DNA from: Vitreimonas sp.
GTDB taxonomy: Bacteria > Patescibacteriota > Microgenomatia > UBA1400 > PJMF01
Assembly (NCBI GenBank): GCA_035627515.1
Contig: DASPLQ010000012.1
Span: forward strand, 455,269 to 519,268
Reading direction: 5' to 3'
DNA: 64,000 nucleotides
The position numbers were made by a program, and so were the translations under genes. The notes beneath the pieces were generated by a model. The model was not told the origin of the DNA. It searched no databases and was given only the letters and a program-made list of their open reading frames with translations. The stretch's first letter is position 1, and every line of letters starts with the position of its first letter. Shown one piece after another: positions 17,727 to 28,301 of this stretch.

Positions 17727-19478
17727 GTGAGAAAAAGCAAAGTTTTAGCAGCTATTGCCATTCTAATCTTGGGATTTGGGATTTGGATTTTAATCTCTCA
17801 AGGTTCCCCTTCCTATGCCATCGACCCCGTCGATGAACTCCAAGGTCAAATTAATGAATTAGCTAATCTCAAAAAACTGTCTGAAGATGCTACAAAACCG
17901 CTGGAGCAAGAATTAAAAAACCTTGACACGCGGATTAAAAATGCTGAAGCTAGTATTGCCCGAGCCAAGAAACAAGCGTCAGATCTAGCTGCTAGTATTG
18001 AAAAGCGAGAAAAAGAATTAGCGGTGCAGTATCAAATTCTCAGTCGGCGGATTGGTGAGCAGTACAAACGATCTCGGACAGCTTCACCATTCCTCATTTT
18101 TTTGAGCAGTGCCGATGCCACCCGTTTGACTCAAGACTTAGCGTATCGTGACTCTATTAAGGCTCAGGATAAGCGCATTATCGAAGATATGGGGGGAGAT
18201 ATTACCCAACTGGAAAAAGACAAAGCCAAACAAGAAAGTGACCAGGTTCGGTTAGCAGCCTTAGAGAAACAACTAGAGGAACAAGCTGGTTTTTTCGAAA
18301 AAGAAATTGCTAAGGCTCGCTCCTATCAGCAAGAATTAAGTGGCAAAATTGCTGCCTTGTCTGCCCAACAACAATCAATTATTAATGCTCGGTCAGGAAC
18401 CTTCATCACCTCAGTGGGTGAGGTGCCGTTAGCCGATGACTTTAATGCTTCAATTGGTTTTAAATCTCAAGCTCCTGGCAACTCATTTGCAGTTTTTAGT
18501 TTTGGCGCATACACGCATCGCAAAGGCATGAGTCAGTATGGTGCCAGAGCGCGGGCGGAAGCGGGGCAATCAGTGGAGGAAATTCTTAAAGCCTACTACC
18601 CCGATGCCACACTCAAAAAAGACTACTCAGCCATGGGCGAAATTGACGTCCAAGGTCACGGCAGGATGAGTTTTGAAGATCGGTATTTGCAAGGTATTTA
18701 TGAAATGCCCGGTGGTTGGCACAGTAATGCTTTGAAAGCCCAAGCTATCGCGGCACGAACGTATGCCATCAAATATACAGACAACGGCAAAAAATCGATT
18801 TGTACCACTGAAGCCTGTCAGGTGTTTAAAAACTCCAAAAAAGGAGGCGAGTGGGAAAAGGCCGTCAATGAAACAAAGGGCTGGGTGTTAGTTGATGGTG
18901 GCGGTAATCCCGTCTCCACGCAATATGCTTCTACTCACGGGGGTTATGCTACAACTTCTGGTTGGGACACCACTGATAAATCAAATAGTGGTGATTGGAG
19001 TAGTCGCTCATGGGAGAATAAAGCCAAATCGCCTTGGTTTTACAAGTCTTGGTATCGGCAAGCGTATTCTTCGAGTAGCAGCAGTTGTGGGCGGCCTCAC
19101 CCATGGCTGTCACAAGAAGAGTTCTCTGATATTATCAATGCCTGGATTGTACGGAAAAATCCTAACGGGGCTGATGTCAGTCGCATTCAACCGGTGACAA
19201 TCAATCAATGTAACGTGGGTGGAAGTGGTGGCAATCCATACTCTATGGAGGAACTGCGTAATTTAGCTAATGGTTCGGGAGGAGCTGTCACCAGTGTGAG
19301 CTCAGTCAGCGTCAGTCACAACGGGAGTGCTCAGACCGACACCGTCACCTTGCAAACCAACCGCGGCGAAATTAAAATTCCAGGCAGTGAGTTTAAATCC
19401 ACTTTTAATTTGCGGGCACCGGGGTATATTTCTATTCCGCAAAGTAGTTTTGCCTTCTTTAATATAGAAAAGACGTAG
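17727..19478 (+). CDS. SpoIID/LytB-domain peptidoglycan lytic enzyme with N-terminal coiled coil
   Basis: H.KGMSQYGA, YL.GIYEMP..W..NALKAQAIAARTYA, CQVF. Confidence 0.85.
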   Translation: MRKSKVLAAIAILILGFGIWILISQGSPSYAIDPVDELQGQINELANLKKLSEDATKPLEQELKNLDTRIKNAEASIARAKKQASDLAASIEKREKELAVQYQILSRRIGEQYKRSRTASPFLIFLSSADATRLTQDLAYRDSIKAQDKRIIEDMGGDITQLEKDKAKQESDQVRLAALEKQLEEQAGFFEKEIAKARSYQQELSGKIAALSAQQQSIINARSGTFITSVGEVPLADDFNASIGFKSQAPGNSFAVFSFGAYTHRKGMSQYGARARAEAGQSVEEILKAYYPDATLKKDYSAMGEIDVQGHGRMSFEDRYLQGIYEMPGGWHSNALKAQAIAARTYAIKYTDNGKKSICTTEACQVFKNSKKGGEWEKAVNETKGWVLVDGGGNPVSTQYASTHGGYATTSGWDTTDKSNSGDWSSRSWENKAKSPWFYKSWYRQAYSSSSSSCGRPHPWLSQEEFSDIINAWIVRKNPNGADVSRIQPVTINQCNVGGSGGNPYSMEELRNLANGSGGAVTSVSSVSVSHNGSAQTDTVTLQTNRGEIKIPGSEFKSTFNLRAPGYISIPQSSFAFFNIEKT

Positions 19479-19481
19479 TCC

Positions 19482-20600
19482 ATGTCCCGTTTGCTGAACT
19501 TATCATTGACCTATTTTCGCAATCACTTGCACTCACAGTTTCATTTTGAGACTTTAAACACGGTTATTATTGCTCCCAATGCGGAGGGAAAAACGTCGGT
19601 ATTAGAAGCGATCCAGTTACTAGCGACTGGGGAAAGTTTTCGGGCTGACAAGGTAGAAGAGATGGTGACTTTTGACCAGGAACTGGGCAGAATCAAAGGC
19701 ACGGTGGAGTTGCAGCGAAGCGATCAAACCAACCTCGATTCTGAAGATCAGGAACGAGTGGAGCTAGAAGTGATCGCGACCCGAGGTATGGTCCAAGGTA
19801 AAAAAACTCAGGCTCGGCTGTACGCTGTCAACACTGTCCGACGTCGAAAAAAAGATTTTATTGGTCACTTTTTCACGGTTAGTTTCCGGCCAGAAGATAT
19901 GCGGTTGATGGAAGGATCACCTGGTAGACGGCGCACGTTTATGGATACACCACTGGGTTTGCTGAAGCCAAGTTATAGTGAGTCATTATCCATTTACGAT
20001 CAGGCCTTAAAGCGCCGAAATAAGTTATTACAAAGTGTGCGAGAGGGTGAGATGCCGGCTTCTGTTTTAACGTATTGGAACTTGCAGCTGATTAAACATG
20101 GTGAGTTGATACAAAAACAGCGCCGCGACTTTCTGGACTTTTTTTCTGGTGTTGATTTCCCATTAGCATTTAGTATTGAGTATCAACCCTCGGTGATGAG
20201 TGCAGAGCGAATTCAAGAGTACCTCGATCGTGAGATTGCTGCCGGTCATACCTTAATTGGACCGCACAAAGATGATTTTATGGTTTTGCTAAAAACGCAA
20301 CTTAGTAGCATGCCAATGGATATTAGTTTATACGGCTCACGTGGCCAACAACGGATGGCGGTGCTATGGCTCAAAATTGCTGAGCAACGTTTTTTGGAAG
20401 AAAAAGGGGGCAAACTGCCCGTCTTATTACTAGATGATATTTTGTCGGAACTAGATGAACAAGCTCAGGACAGAGTCCTATCATTATTTGGCAAAAATCA
20501 GGTCATTTTAACTACCACCGACGAAAATGTGGTAGCACGTATTAAAACTATCGTTTCACAACTGACGGTTCTCAAATTGGACACTGAGATGAGAAAATAG
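19482..20600 (+). CDS. recF: DNA replication/repair protein RecF
   Basis: PNAEGKT, GSPGRRR.FMD, GPHKDD, SRGQQR, LLLDDILSELD. Confidence 0.95.
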   Translation: MSRLLNLSLTYFRNHLHSQFHFETLNTVIIAPNAEGKTSVLEAIQLLATGESFRADKVEEMVTFDQELGRIKGTVELQRSDQTNLDSEDQERVELEVIATRGMVQGKKTQARLYAVNTVRRRKKDFIGHFFTVSFRPEDMRLMEGSPGRRRTFMDTPLGLLKPSYSESLSIYDQALKRRNKLLQSVREGEMPASVLTYWNLQLIKHGELIQKQRRDFLDFFSGVDFPLAFSIEYQPSVMSAERIQEYLDREIAAGHTLIGPHKDDFMVLLKTQLSSMPMDISLYGSRGQQRMAVLWLKIAEQRFLEEKGGKLPVLLLDDILSELDEQAQDRVLSLFGKNQVILTTTDENVVARIKTIVSQLTVLKLDTEMRK

Positions 20601-20611
20601 CGCTGAATCAT

Positions 20612-21445
20612 ATGAATAATGTCACCCACTACTTACAGCAACTGACAGTACCTGATCCCAGCTCACATAAGGGGCAGAATGGTAAACTGTTACTTATTGG
20701 CGGCTCTGAGTTGTTTCACGCGGCTAGCCGCTGGAGTTTAGAAGTTGCTTCCAAGTGTGTAGACATGGTTTTTTATGCTTCAGTCCCTAGTAATAATGAT
20801 TTGATCCGCGAAGCCAAGGCCAACTTCTGGAACGGAATTGTGATTGAACGTGAGGAGATAGAAGCGTACTTAACTGAAGCTGACTGTGTTTTGATTGGTC
20901 CAGGCATGACGCGGACTGCTGATACTACCGAAATTACTAATCATCTTTTGCAAACCTATCCTCACAAAAAGTGGGTCATTGATGCGGGAGCTTTACAAAT
21001 GGCTGACCCTCACCTGTTTAATGAACAGATGATTATCACACCACATACAGAAGAGTTTGTCAGAGTCATGACCCACCTTGATCCAAGTTATCAAAGTAAA
21101 ACTGAGGTAACAATTGCCGATATTCAAGTTGCCAGCCGACAACTGAATAATGCAACTTTGTTGCATAAAAGAAAAATCGACGTGGTGGCTAATGCCACCG
21201 AGGGAGTCATGGTAGAAGGCGGTAATGCCGGCATGACTAAGGGGGGTACCGGTGATGTGTTAGCAGGTCTTGTGGCTGCCTTGTACTGTACTCATGATGC
21301 TATGACAGCTGCCGTGGTAGGCAGTTACATTAATAAAAAAGCTGGTGATGCGCTCTATAAAAAAGTGGGCCCGTACTTCAATGCCACAGACTTAGTAGCA
21401 GAAATTCCTCAGACTTTGTGGTCCGAGCTGAATTCATTACCCTAA
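20612..21445 (+). CDS. nnrD: ADP-dependent NAD(P)H-hydrate dehydratase
   Basis: SHKGQNG.LL.IGGS, IGPGM, IDAGAL, TPH..EF, GGTGDVLAG. Confidence 0.85.
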   Translation: MNNVTHYLQQLTVPDPSSHKGQNGKLLLIGGSELFHAASRWSLEVASKCVDMVFYASVPSNNDLIREAKANFWNGIVIEREEIEAYLTEADCVLIGPGMTRTADTTEITNHLLQTYPHKKWVIDAGALQMADPHLFNEQMIITPHTEEFVRVMTHLDPSYQSKTEVTIADIQVASRQLNNATLLHKRKIDVVANATEGVMVEGGNAGMTKGGTGDVLAGLVAALYCTHDAMTAAVVGSYINKKAGDALYKKVGPYFNATDLVAEIPQTLWSELNSLP

Positions 21446-22087
21446 TAAATCATAAAGATACGTAAGCATCCGATATTCATCGGTGCCGTCATCAAGCCCG
21501 GTGCCCACCCAAAAGCCCTCAGTGGGCAGCTGTAAAAGAGCATAGGTAGGTAGATAAAGAGACTCGGTTTTTAATTTTCTTTGGTACAGTGAAGCGGTAG
21601 TAATAGCTTGGGCTTGTTCGGACACTAAGCGGTTGACAATGTACGCTAATGTTCGACCCGTATCATTGATATCATCTAAAACCAAAACTGGCCTGCCAGC
21701 CACTGGCTTATCAACCCACTGAAGCTTGTCAGAATTGATCTCACCGAATTGTTTTTGTTCTTTGGTGGCGGTGGTGACACGAATTGGTTCAGCTACTAGC
21801 TCTTTATTAAAGACTCTTAATAAGCGATAAAAATACTCGGCGCCTTTGAGGTTGTACAAAATTCTGGGATTGTGAATTAATATCCCTGGCAAGATACTTT
21901 CAGCAAACCACTGGGCAGCTGCCATTACATCAGTCGCTTCGATGTGGCGACGGAGCTTAGCATGTGGATATTTGTAAGCATCAACTTTAGCAGGGGCTTC
22001 ACTTTTGACCGGATAAATACCATCAGGACTAGAGTAAGGAGAGTAAATTGAGCCGTTTAATTCTTTAATTAAAAGAGGTGCACTCAT
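21437..22087 (-). CDS. Type I phosphoribosyltransferase (HPRT-like)
   Basis: PRPP-binding VLVLDDINDTGRTL; VG.GLD. Confidence 0.7.
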   Translation of the reverse strand: MSAPLLIKELNGSIYSPYSSPDGIYPVKSEAPAKVDAYKYPHAKLRRHIEATDVMAAAQWFAESILPGILIHNPRILYNLKGAEYFYRLLRVFNKELVAEPIRVTTATKEQKQFGEINSDKLQWVDKPVAGRPVLVLDDINDTGRTLAYIVNRLVSEQAQAITTASLYQRKLKTESLYLPTYALLQLPTEGFWVGTGLDDGTDEYRMLTYLYDLLG

Positions 22088-22401
22088 GCAGCTTTCTGAT
22101 CTCGGTTATTTTTTTTTAAGACTTTTTCATTGAGAGCTTCTAACTTACGTTGCACCGCACTCAACTGAGTGGTGATTAATACCGCCAAGACTGTCATAGC
22201 TATTGCATAAATTAACAATGAAATCATGCCACTATTTTTGCCTAAATACGGATCAATATACTCGGCCACTGCTTTTTGAATGACTTCATTCCAGGCCAGG
22301 GCAACGACTACGCCAAACCCACTAGTAGCTAAAGTGACCATATTATTAACAATACTGAGAGGCATTTCTTTGAGGGAAGCGGGAGTTTTAATATCAGGCA
22401 T
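22084..22401 (-). CDS. Small membrane protein (DUF5654-like)
   Basis: TSGFGVVVALAWNEVI motif, 2 TM. Confidence 0.65.
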   Translation of the reverse strand: MPDIKTPASLKEMPLSIVNNMVTLATSGFGVVVALAWNEVIQKAVAEYIDPYLGKNSGMISLLIYAIAMTVLAVLITTQLSAVQRKLEALNEKVLKKNNRDQKAA

Positions 22402-22485
22402 ATAAGGGTAATAAATCGTTAGTGCTAGGCGTATTATAAACTATAAATTCCCTGCACTTTTTGCGGGAATTGGGGTAGAATGAGG

Positions 22486-22538
22486 TAAGTAATTGAGTAA
22501 CTTAGTAATTAAGTAACTCGTGATGAATAAATTACTCA
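22486..22538. repeat. 8-bp periodic repeat array (TDAGTAAY x4) plus one inverted unit
   Basis: taagtaat tgagtaac ttagtaat taagtaac ... attactca. Confidence 0.8.
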
Positions 22539-22542
22539 ACCC

Positions 22543-23634
22543 ATGTTCACTCCCACCTTTAATATCACCAATAACCTTCTGACCTACATTGCTCGTATCG
22601 AAGCGGCAAAATCCATGATTGATCATGCACCGCTGGTGCCAGCCTGGGAAGCAAAATTTCGAGATGAAGCTTTAGCTCGCACGGTCCATTTTGGGACCAA
22701 AATCGAAGGGAATGACCTGACCAAAGAACAAGCCCAGCAAGTAGTGCGTTTAGAGAGTTACTTGGATACGCAGGAAGTGGCACAGAAAACGGGCATCACG
22801 GCTCGTGAACGCGACATCCAAGAAGTCATTAATTATCGTAATGTGATTGTATGGATAGATCAACAGGATTTGAGTAATTCTCGCCGTTTATTTTCGGTAG
22901 ATACACTGAAAATGTTGCATACCTTGACTATGCAACGTTTAATTGATGAAAAGTATGTGGGACAGTATCGTGATAAACAAGTAATTGTTAAAAGCGCGAC
23001 TCATGGTCAAATAGTGTTCCGCCCTCCGGTGTCTGTGGAAATTCCTTATTTAGTAGAAGATTTTTTCACCTGGCTTAATGATGGTGACTCACAATTAATT
23101 CACGCCATTTTTAAAGCAGCCATCACTCATTACCAGTTGGTTTATATTCATCCTTTTATTGAAGGCAATGGTCGTACCGCTCGTGCCATGGCAAGCTTAG
23201 TTTTGTATGCTTCACAATATGATTTCAAACGCTTTTTCTCGCTGGAGCAGTATTTTGATGCCGATGTCGACCAATATTACCAAGCCCTGTTATCGGTTCA
23301 GCAAAGTCAGAATAATGACATGACCTACTGGTTGGAGTATTTTTGTTATGGCCTAGCGATTGAGATTGATAAGGTGAAGCAACAAGTACTTAAACTATCC
23401 AAAGATCTAAAATTAAAACAACAACTGGGTGAACAAGTAGCGTTATCAGAACGACAAATTATTTTATTAGAAATGTTACAAAACCAAGGTGAAATTACTT
23501 CGCAAGATGCCCAAACGGCGTTGCCCAATGTCTCTGTGGATACCATCTTACGTGATCTCAAAGATTTAATTACGAAACGCGTCATTGAAAAATCCGGTGT
23601 CACCAAAGGGGTGAAATATCGGTTGCGCGAGTAG
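22543..23634 (+). CDS. Fic-family protein with C-terminal HTH
   Basis: HPFIEGNGRTAR Fic motif; inhibitory-type TKIEGN; DeoR-like HTH tail. Confidence 0.92.
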   Translation: MFTPTFNITNNLLTYIARIEAAKSMIDHAPLVPAWEAKFRDEALARTVHFGTKIEGNDLTKEQAQQVVRLESYLDTQEVAQKTGITARERDIQEVINYRNVIVWIDQQDLSNSRRLFSVDTLKMLHTLTMQRLIDEKYVGQYRDKQVIVKSATHGQIVFRPPVSVEIPYLVEDFFTWLNDGDSQLIHAIFKAAITHYQLVYIHPFIEGNGRTARAMASLVLYASQYDFKRFFSLEQYFDADVDQYYQALLSVQQSQNNDMTYWLEYFCYGLAIEIDKVKQQVLKLSKDLKLKQQLGEQVALSERQIILLEMLQNQGEITSQDAQTALPNVSVDTILRDLKDLITKRVIEKSGVTKGVKYRLRE

Positions 23635-23668
23635 ATAGCTAACTAGAAAGTATCTGCCCCATACTACT

Positions 23669-25462
23669 ATGCACTTTACAGCTTTTGCTGCTCATTTAGA
23701 AAAACTAGAAGCCACTGCTTCACGGCTCAGTTTGGCAGCTCTACTTGCTGAGTTATATCAGGAACTACAGCCAGCAGAGATCCAGCCCGCTTCATACTTG
23801 CTTCAAGGTTCATTAGTGGCGGAGTACGAATCATTAGAATTTCAGCTCTCAGACAAAATGGTGATCAGAGCGCTAGCTCGGTTGGTGGCAACTCGCGGTA
23901 CAACTTCCAGTGCCACCCAAAGTGATTTATTTGGTGAGAGTGAAGTCAGTGATGCCGAACAACAAGTCGCGGCTTGGTATAAAGAAACAGGAGACTTAGG
24001 TTTAGTTGCGCTCCGTCTCGGTGAAGGCAACGCGAGTGAAATCACGCTCTTAGATACGTATCAACGGTTGCAAGCGATCGCCCAGGAAAGTGGTGCTGGT
24101 TCCCAAGAAAGAAAGCTGCAAGGTTTGGAAGATTTATTATTGCAGCTAGATGCCATTGGTCGCAAAGTAGTTGTCAGAATTATTCTGGGTAACTTGCGCC
24201 TAGGATTTTCCACGATGACGATGCTTGATGCTTTGTCATGGGCAGTCACGGGTGGCAAAACTGAAAATAAAATGCTCGAAACAGCCTACCAAAAGAAAGC
24301 TGATATTGGGGCTTTGGCGGCTGCTTACTTAACGGCATGGCGTGAAGGAGCAGATGCTGCCGCGCGGGCCACTTTGCTGAATGAGTACTCAGTGGCGGTA
24401 GGTGTACCGGTGCTGCCTGCCTTGTGTCAGCGGTTAGAATCGGCGGCAGAAATTATTGAAAAGATGGGTGAAGTCATAGCGGAACCTAAATATGATGGGG
24501 TCCGTGTGCAAATTCACATTATTAAAAAATCTGCTCAGTCTGCATCCTCAACTATCAAAACCTTCACTCGGTCGTTAGAAGAGAACTCTCATCAGTTCCC
24601 AGAATTGTGGTCGATCATTGATGATTTGAAGTGCCAGTCGTGTATTCTAGATGCCGAAGCGATTGGGTTCGATAAGGCCACCGGCAAGCTGTTACTATTT
24701 CAAGACACTATCACTCGTAAGCGCAAACACGGAGTGGAAGAGCGAGCTTCTGAAATTCCATTACGCTTCTTCGTCTTTGACATCATCGAGTTAGATGGTC
24801 GTTCGCTTTTAGACACGCCACTGCAAGAAAGAAAAGAAGCATTGGAAAAGCTTTTTCAAGATAATGAGACCATTCAGCACACACCCTATATTGTGACAGA
24901 GATACCCGAAACTTTACGCGAATTTCACGAAGCGCAATTAGCTGAAGGTTTAGAAGGCGCGGTGATTAAACAACGCTATTCGGGTTACCAAAGTGGACGT
25001 AAAGGATGGAGCTGGGTGAAGATTAAAGAAGCTGAAGGCACCACGGGTAAGTTGCGTGATACGGTCGATTGTATCGTGATGGGTTACTATGTGGGTCGAG
25101 GTAAACGAGCCGGGTTTGGCTTAGGTGCCTTTTTAGCTGGAGTTCTCAATGAACAAGGGATAGTCAAAACTATTGCTAAAGTTGGAACTGGTTTGAGTGA
25201 TGAGCAGTTTGTACAGCTCAAACAACGCACTGAGTCTTTACGCAGTGATGAGCCCCCAGCTGTCTATGATGTCGCCAAAGCTCTCCAACCTGATGTGTGG
25301 TTGAAGCCAGAAGTCGTCGTAGAAATTGCTGCCGATGAGCTGACCGTTTCACCAAATCATACTGCGGGATGGGCACTTCGCTTTCCCCGCTTGGTGAACT
25401 TTAGAGAAGATAAGACTTGGGCTCAAGCCACTACTATCGATGAAATAAAACAACTGGTATGA
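23669..25462 (+). CDS. ATP-dependent DNA ligase (archaeal/eukaryotic-type architecture)
   Basis: EPKYDG (KxDG), EGLEGAVIK, WVKIK, ALRFPR; N-terminal DNA-binding domain. Confidence 0.93.
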   Translation: MHFTAFAAHLEKLEATASRLSLAALLAELYQELQPAEIQPASYLLQGSLVAEYESLEFQLSDKMVIRALARLVATRGTTSSATQSDLFGESEVSDAEQQVAAWYKETGDLGLVALRLGEGNASEITLLDTYQRLQAIAQESGAGSQERKLQGLEDLLLQLDAIGRKVVVRIILGNLRLGFSTMTMLDALSWAVTGGKTENKMLETAYQKKADIGALAAAYLTAWREGADAAARATLLNEYSVAVGVPVLPALCQRLESAAEIIEKMGEVIAEPKYDGVRVQIHIIKKSAQSASSTIKTFTRSLEENSHQFPELWSIIDDLKCQSCILDAEAIGFDKATGKLLLFQDTITRKRKHGVEERASEIPLRFFVFDIIELDGRSLLDTPLQERKEALEKLFQDNETIQHTPYIVTEIPETLREFHEAQLAEGLEGAVIKQRYSGYQSGRKGWSWVKIKEAEGTTGKLRDTVDCIVMGYYVGRGKRAGFGLGAFLAGVLNEQGIVKTIAKVGTGLSDEQFVQLKQRTESLRSDEPPAVYDVAKALQPDVWLKPEVVVEIAADELTVSPNHTAGWALRFPRLVNFREDKTWAQATTIDEIKQLV

Positions 25463-26625
25463 GAATTGCCTTTTTTACTGATACCTTTTTCCCCGCTCAT
25501 AATGGTGTCTTAAGTTCTGTAGTTAACTTTGCCAATGGTTTAGTGATGGCTGGTCACCAAGTATTGATTTGCGCACCTCGTCATCCTCAAGCCCAAAGTA
25601 TGGAGTGGGGATTATTACCAGAAGTAAAAGTCTGTTTAGTAAGGGCATTACCCTTGCCAGTTTATCCTGACTATTGTTGGATGATGCCTACGCCTGGTCT
25701 CTTTGAAAAACTCGATGAATTCCAACCTGATATTATTCATACTCATAGTCCTTTAATCGCGGGTTGGATTGGGTTGCGGTATGCCAAAAAACATCACCTG
25801 CCGATCGTGACATCGTATAACGTCAACTTTACCAATCAAGAGCTGATTAAAATTTTGCGAATCACCCCCATGAAAGTGACGCGCTTGATTCACAAACCAA
25901 CCATCAAAGCTGCGGCTAAATTTTATCAATGGCATAACTTGGTCTTGGTACCCACCTTGAGTGTCAAAGAAAGTTTGACTCCTGCTGCAGTGGACAGCCA
26001 AGTTTGTCCCATCCCGGTGCCCGTCACCGAGCTGCAAGCGGCCCGAGGTGGCGGACAAATCTTACGCCAGTCACTCAATGCTCAGCCCAGACTATTATAT
26101 GTGGGTCGTTTGAGTTTAGAAAAAAATCTCGACGCATTGCTGCAGGTTTTTGCTGCCGCTCACCAGTTGTTGCCAGCTTTAGAATTGGTGATTATTGGTG
26201 ATGGTCCCTTGCGATCTCAGTTAGAAACCCGAGCTGAAGAGCTCGGTATCAAAGATCAGGTGAGATTTAAAGGTGCCATTCCGTATAAAAAACTTATTAC
26301 CGAGGGCTGGTTTTATGTGGGTGATGTCTTCATTACGATGTCTAAATGTGAAACACAAGGCTTATCGACGGTAGAAGCCATGGCGTGTGGTTTGCCGGTG
26401 ATAGCGGCTCAGGCTGAAGGTAATACTGATGTAGTAGCGGGGGCAGGTTTATTACTAGCTGATGAAACTCCGGCCAGTGTGGCTAAACAGATTGTTGAAT
26501 TAGTAACCGATACAAAATTGTATCGCCACTATCAACAGCTCTCACGCATAAGAGCAGCAGAGTATTCGCTAGCGACGTGTACCCAACGTTTAATTACGTT
26601 ATACAGCGATTTGCTAAGTCGCTAA
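25459..26625 (+). CDS. Glycosyltransferase family 4
   Basis: TDTFFP..NGV, YVGRLSLEKN, ETQGLSTVEAMACGLPV. Confidence 0.9.
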   Translation: MRIAFFTDTFFPAHNGVLSSVVNFANGLVMAGHQVLICAPRHPQAQSMEWGLLPEVKVCLVRALPLPVYPDYCWMMPTPGLFEKLDEFQPDIIHTHSPLIAGWIGLRYAKKHHLPIVTSYNVNFTNQELIKILRITPMKVTRLIHKPTIKAAAKFYQWHNLVLVPTLSVKESLTPAAVDSQVCPIPVPVTELQAARGGGQILRQSLNAQPRLLYVGRLSLEKNLDALLQVFAAAHQLLPALELVIIGDGPLRSQLETRAEELGIKDQVRFKGAIPYKKLITEGWFYVGDVFITMSKCETQGLSTVEAMACGLPVIAAQAEGNTDVVAGAGLLLADETPASVAKQIVELVTDTKLYRHYQQLSRIRAAEYSLATCTQRLITLYSDLLSR

Positions 26626-27731
26626 CTGTTTTTAGCAATTATTTCTGATACCAGTTTCAACAATGTTGCTCGGGCGGCATCATTAAAAGCTGCCATCTTT
26701 TTAAGTGGGGCTTGGTACTCAGCTAGTACTTTAGGATGAGTAATCAAGCGTTCCAGTTTGTGATGAATTTTAAACAAGCGCTCTTCCACTAACCCCAGTC
26801 GGTATTTTTTGATGAGTTCTAAATTGCCATCTTCTTGGCCAGCGATATGGGTGATCGCGAAAAAGGGTGTCAAAGTTTGTGCTGCTTCGAAAATGGTGTT
26901 AGGGCCGGCTTTGCCCACCACAATATCCGCCGCCATCATGTACTCGTGCATATTTTCCACAAACGGGAGAACTACTAACTTAATACTTGAGCTAAAGCCG
27001 GCTAAAATGTGCTTGGTTTTTTTAAGCGATTGATACAACATTTTATTTTTGCCGCACACTAAAATGACTTGGAGGGGCTGGGTAGTTTGCACCAGCAGGG
27101 GTAAAATTTTGAGGATGAGCGCCGAGCCTTCTGAGCCAGAAGCAATCAAGAGAGTGAAGGTATCAGGATCGAGGCCTAGCTGGTCTCGAAAGTAGGGAGT
27201 AGACTGAGTGCGCTGGAATTTTTGACGAACCAGCCAACCTCCAACTTCATAGTGACCACCCGGTTCGAGTTCTTGGCAGATACGGAGTGCGTGCTCATCA
27301 AAAACTAAATTCACCCGCGCTTCTGGGGCAATATGCATGGGATGAATGCTGACAGGATCAGCTAACACATTGATGAATGGCACACCAGTCCGCTGCTGGT
27401 ACGCCTCCAAAGCAGGGTTATACATGAAGTATGTGCTGAGGCATAAATCAGGTTTGACCTTATTCAGAAAGCGCTCAATCCGCTTTTGAGTACGTCGCAA
27501 AAAAAGCTTCTTAATAGTGGGTAAAGTAAGGGCATTTTTAGAGAGGGCGAAAGGGATTTGATTGGCAATCGGTAAGAATTGATAAATGGGTTTATAAATC
27601 GAGAACCACGGGTCTTCAAAATGAAAATGCTCGATGTGATATTGATTAGACAAGATCTCTTGAGCAGCTTGACCAATGCTGAGATGTCCTTGGGGGGCAG
27701 TCAACAGCGCAATAGTTGGTTTTGTTTTCAC
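26622..27731 (-). CDS. MGDG-synthase/UgtP-like glycosyltransferase (GT28)
   Basis: QGHLS, VCGKNK, FVENMHEYMMAADIVVGKAGPNTIFEA, GQEDGN; GTG 27731 has TATAAT 7 nt upstream. Confidence 0.8.
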   Translation of the reverse strand: MKTKPTIALLTAPQGHLSIGQAAQEILSNQYHIEHFHFEDPWFSIYKPIYQFLPIANQIPFALSKNALTLPTIKKLFLRRTQKRIERFLNKVKPDLCLSTYFMYNPALEAYQQRTGVPFINVLADPVSIHPMHIAPEARVNLVFDEHALRICQELEPGGHYEVGGWLVRQKFQRTQSTPYFRDQLGLDPDTFTLLIASGSEGSALILKILPLLVQTTQPLQVILVCGKNKMLYQSLKKTKHILAGFSSSIKLVVLPFVENMHEYMMAADIVVGKAGPNTIFEAAQTLTPFFAITHIAGQEDGNLELIKKYRLGLVEERLFKIHHKLERLITHPKVLAEYQAPLKKMAAFNDAARATLLKLVSEIIAKNS

Positions 27732-27767
27732 ACCTGGCATTATACTAAAGCCTGATAGAATTAGGGT

Positions 27768-28301
27768 ATGAAAGTGATTGTTGGCCTGGGTAATCCCGGT
27801 GCTGAATATCGAAATACCAGACATAACGCCGGCTTTTTAGCGATAGATGAAATTGTGGCTAAAAGACCTGACCTGAAGTACACCAACTCTAAAAAGTGGG
27901 TGGCTGAAGTTTGGCAGGGTCCGGAATTATTATTGATCAAGCCGCAGACTTTTATGAATAATAGTGGCCAAGCAGTCCGAGCTATCATTGAGTACTATCA
28001 TAAATCTTGGTTAGCTCATCACTCAGAACTCAAAAATCTGTACGTGATGCATGACGATCTAGATTTAGAGTTAGGTCACGTTAAGGTGCAGTTTGATAAA
28101 GGCCCGAAAGTCCACAACGGTTTATTGTCATTGGAACAACATTTAAAAACCTCAGCCTTCTGGCATGTACGAATTGGGATTGATGGGCGCCAAGGAGACC
28201 GCAGTTTGCCAGGTTCGGCATATGTGTTACAAGCTTTTCAAGCTGAGGAATGGTCACGCTGCAAACCAGCTTTGACCACTGTCTTAGATCAAATCTTATG
28301 A
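27768..28301 (+). CDS. pth: Peptidyl-tRNA hydrolase
   Basis: VGLGNPG..Y..TRHNAGF, KPQTFMN.SG, HDDLD, HNGL. Confidence 0.95.
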   Translation: MKVIVGLGNPGAEYRNTRHNAGFLAIDEIVAKRPDLKYTNSKKWVAEVWQGPELLLIKPQTFMNNSGQAVRAIIEYYHKSWLAHHSELKNLYVMHDDLDLELGHVKVQFDKGPKVHNGLLSLEQHLKTSAFWHVRIGIDGRQGDRSLPGSAYVLQAFQAEEWSRCKPALTTVLDQIL

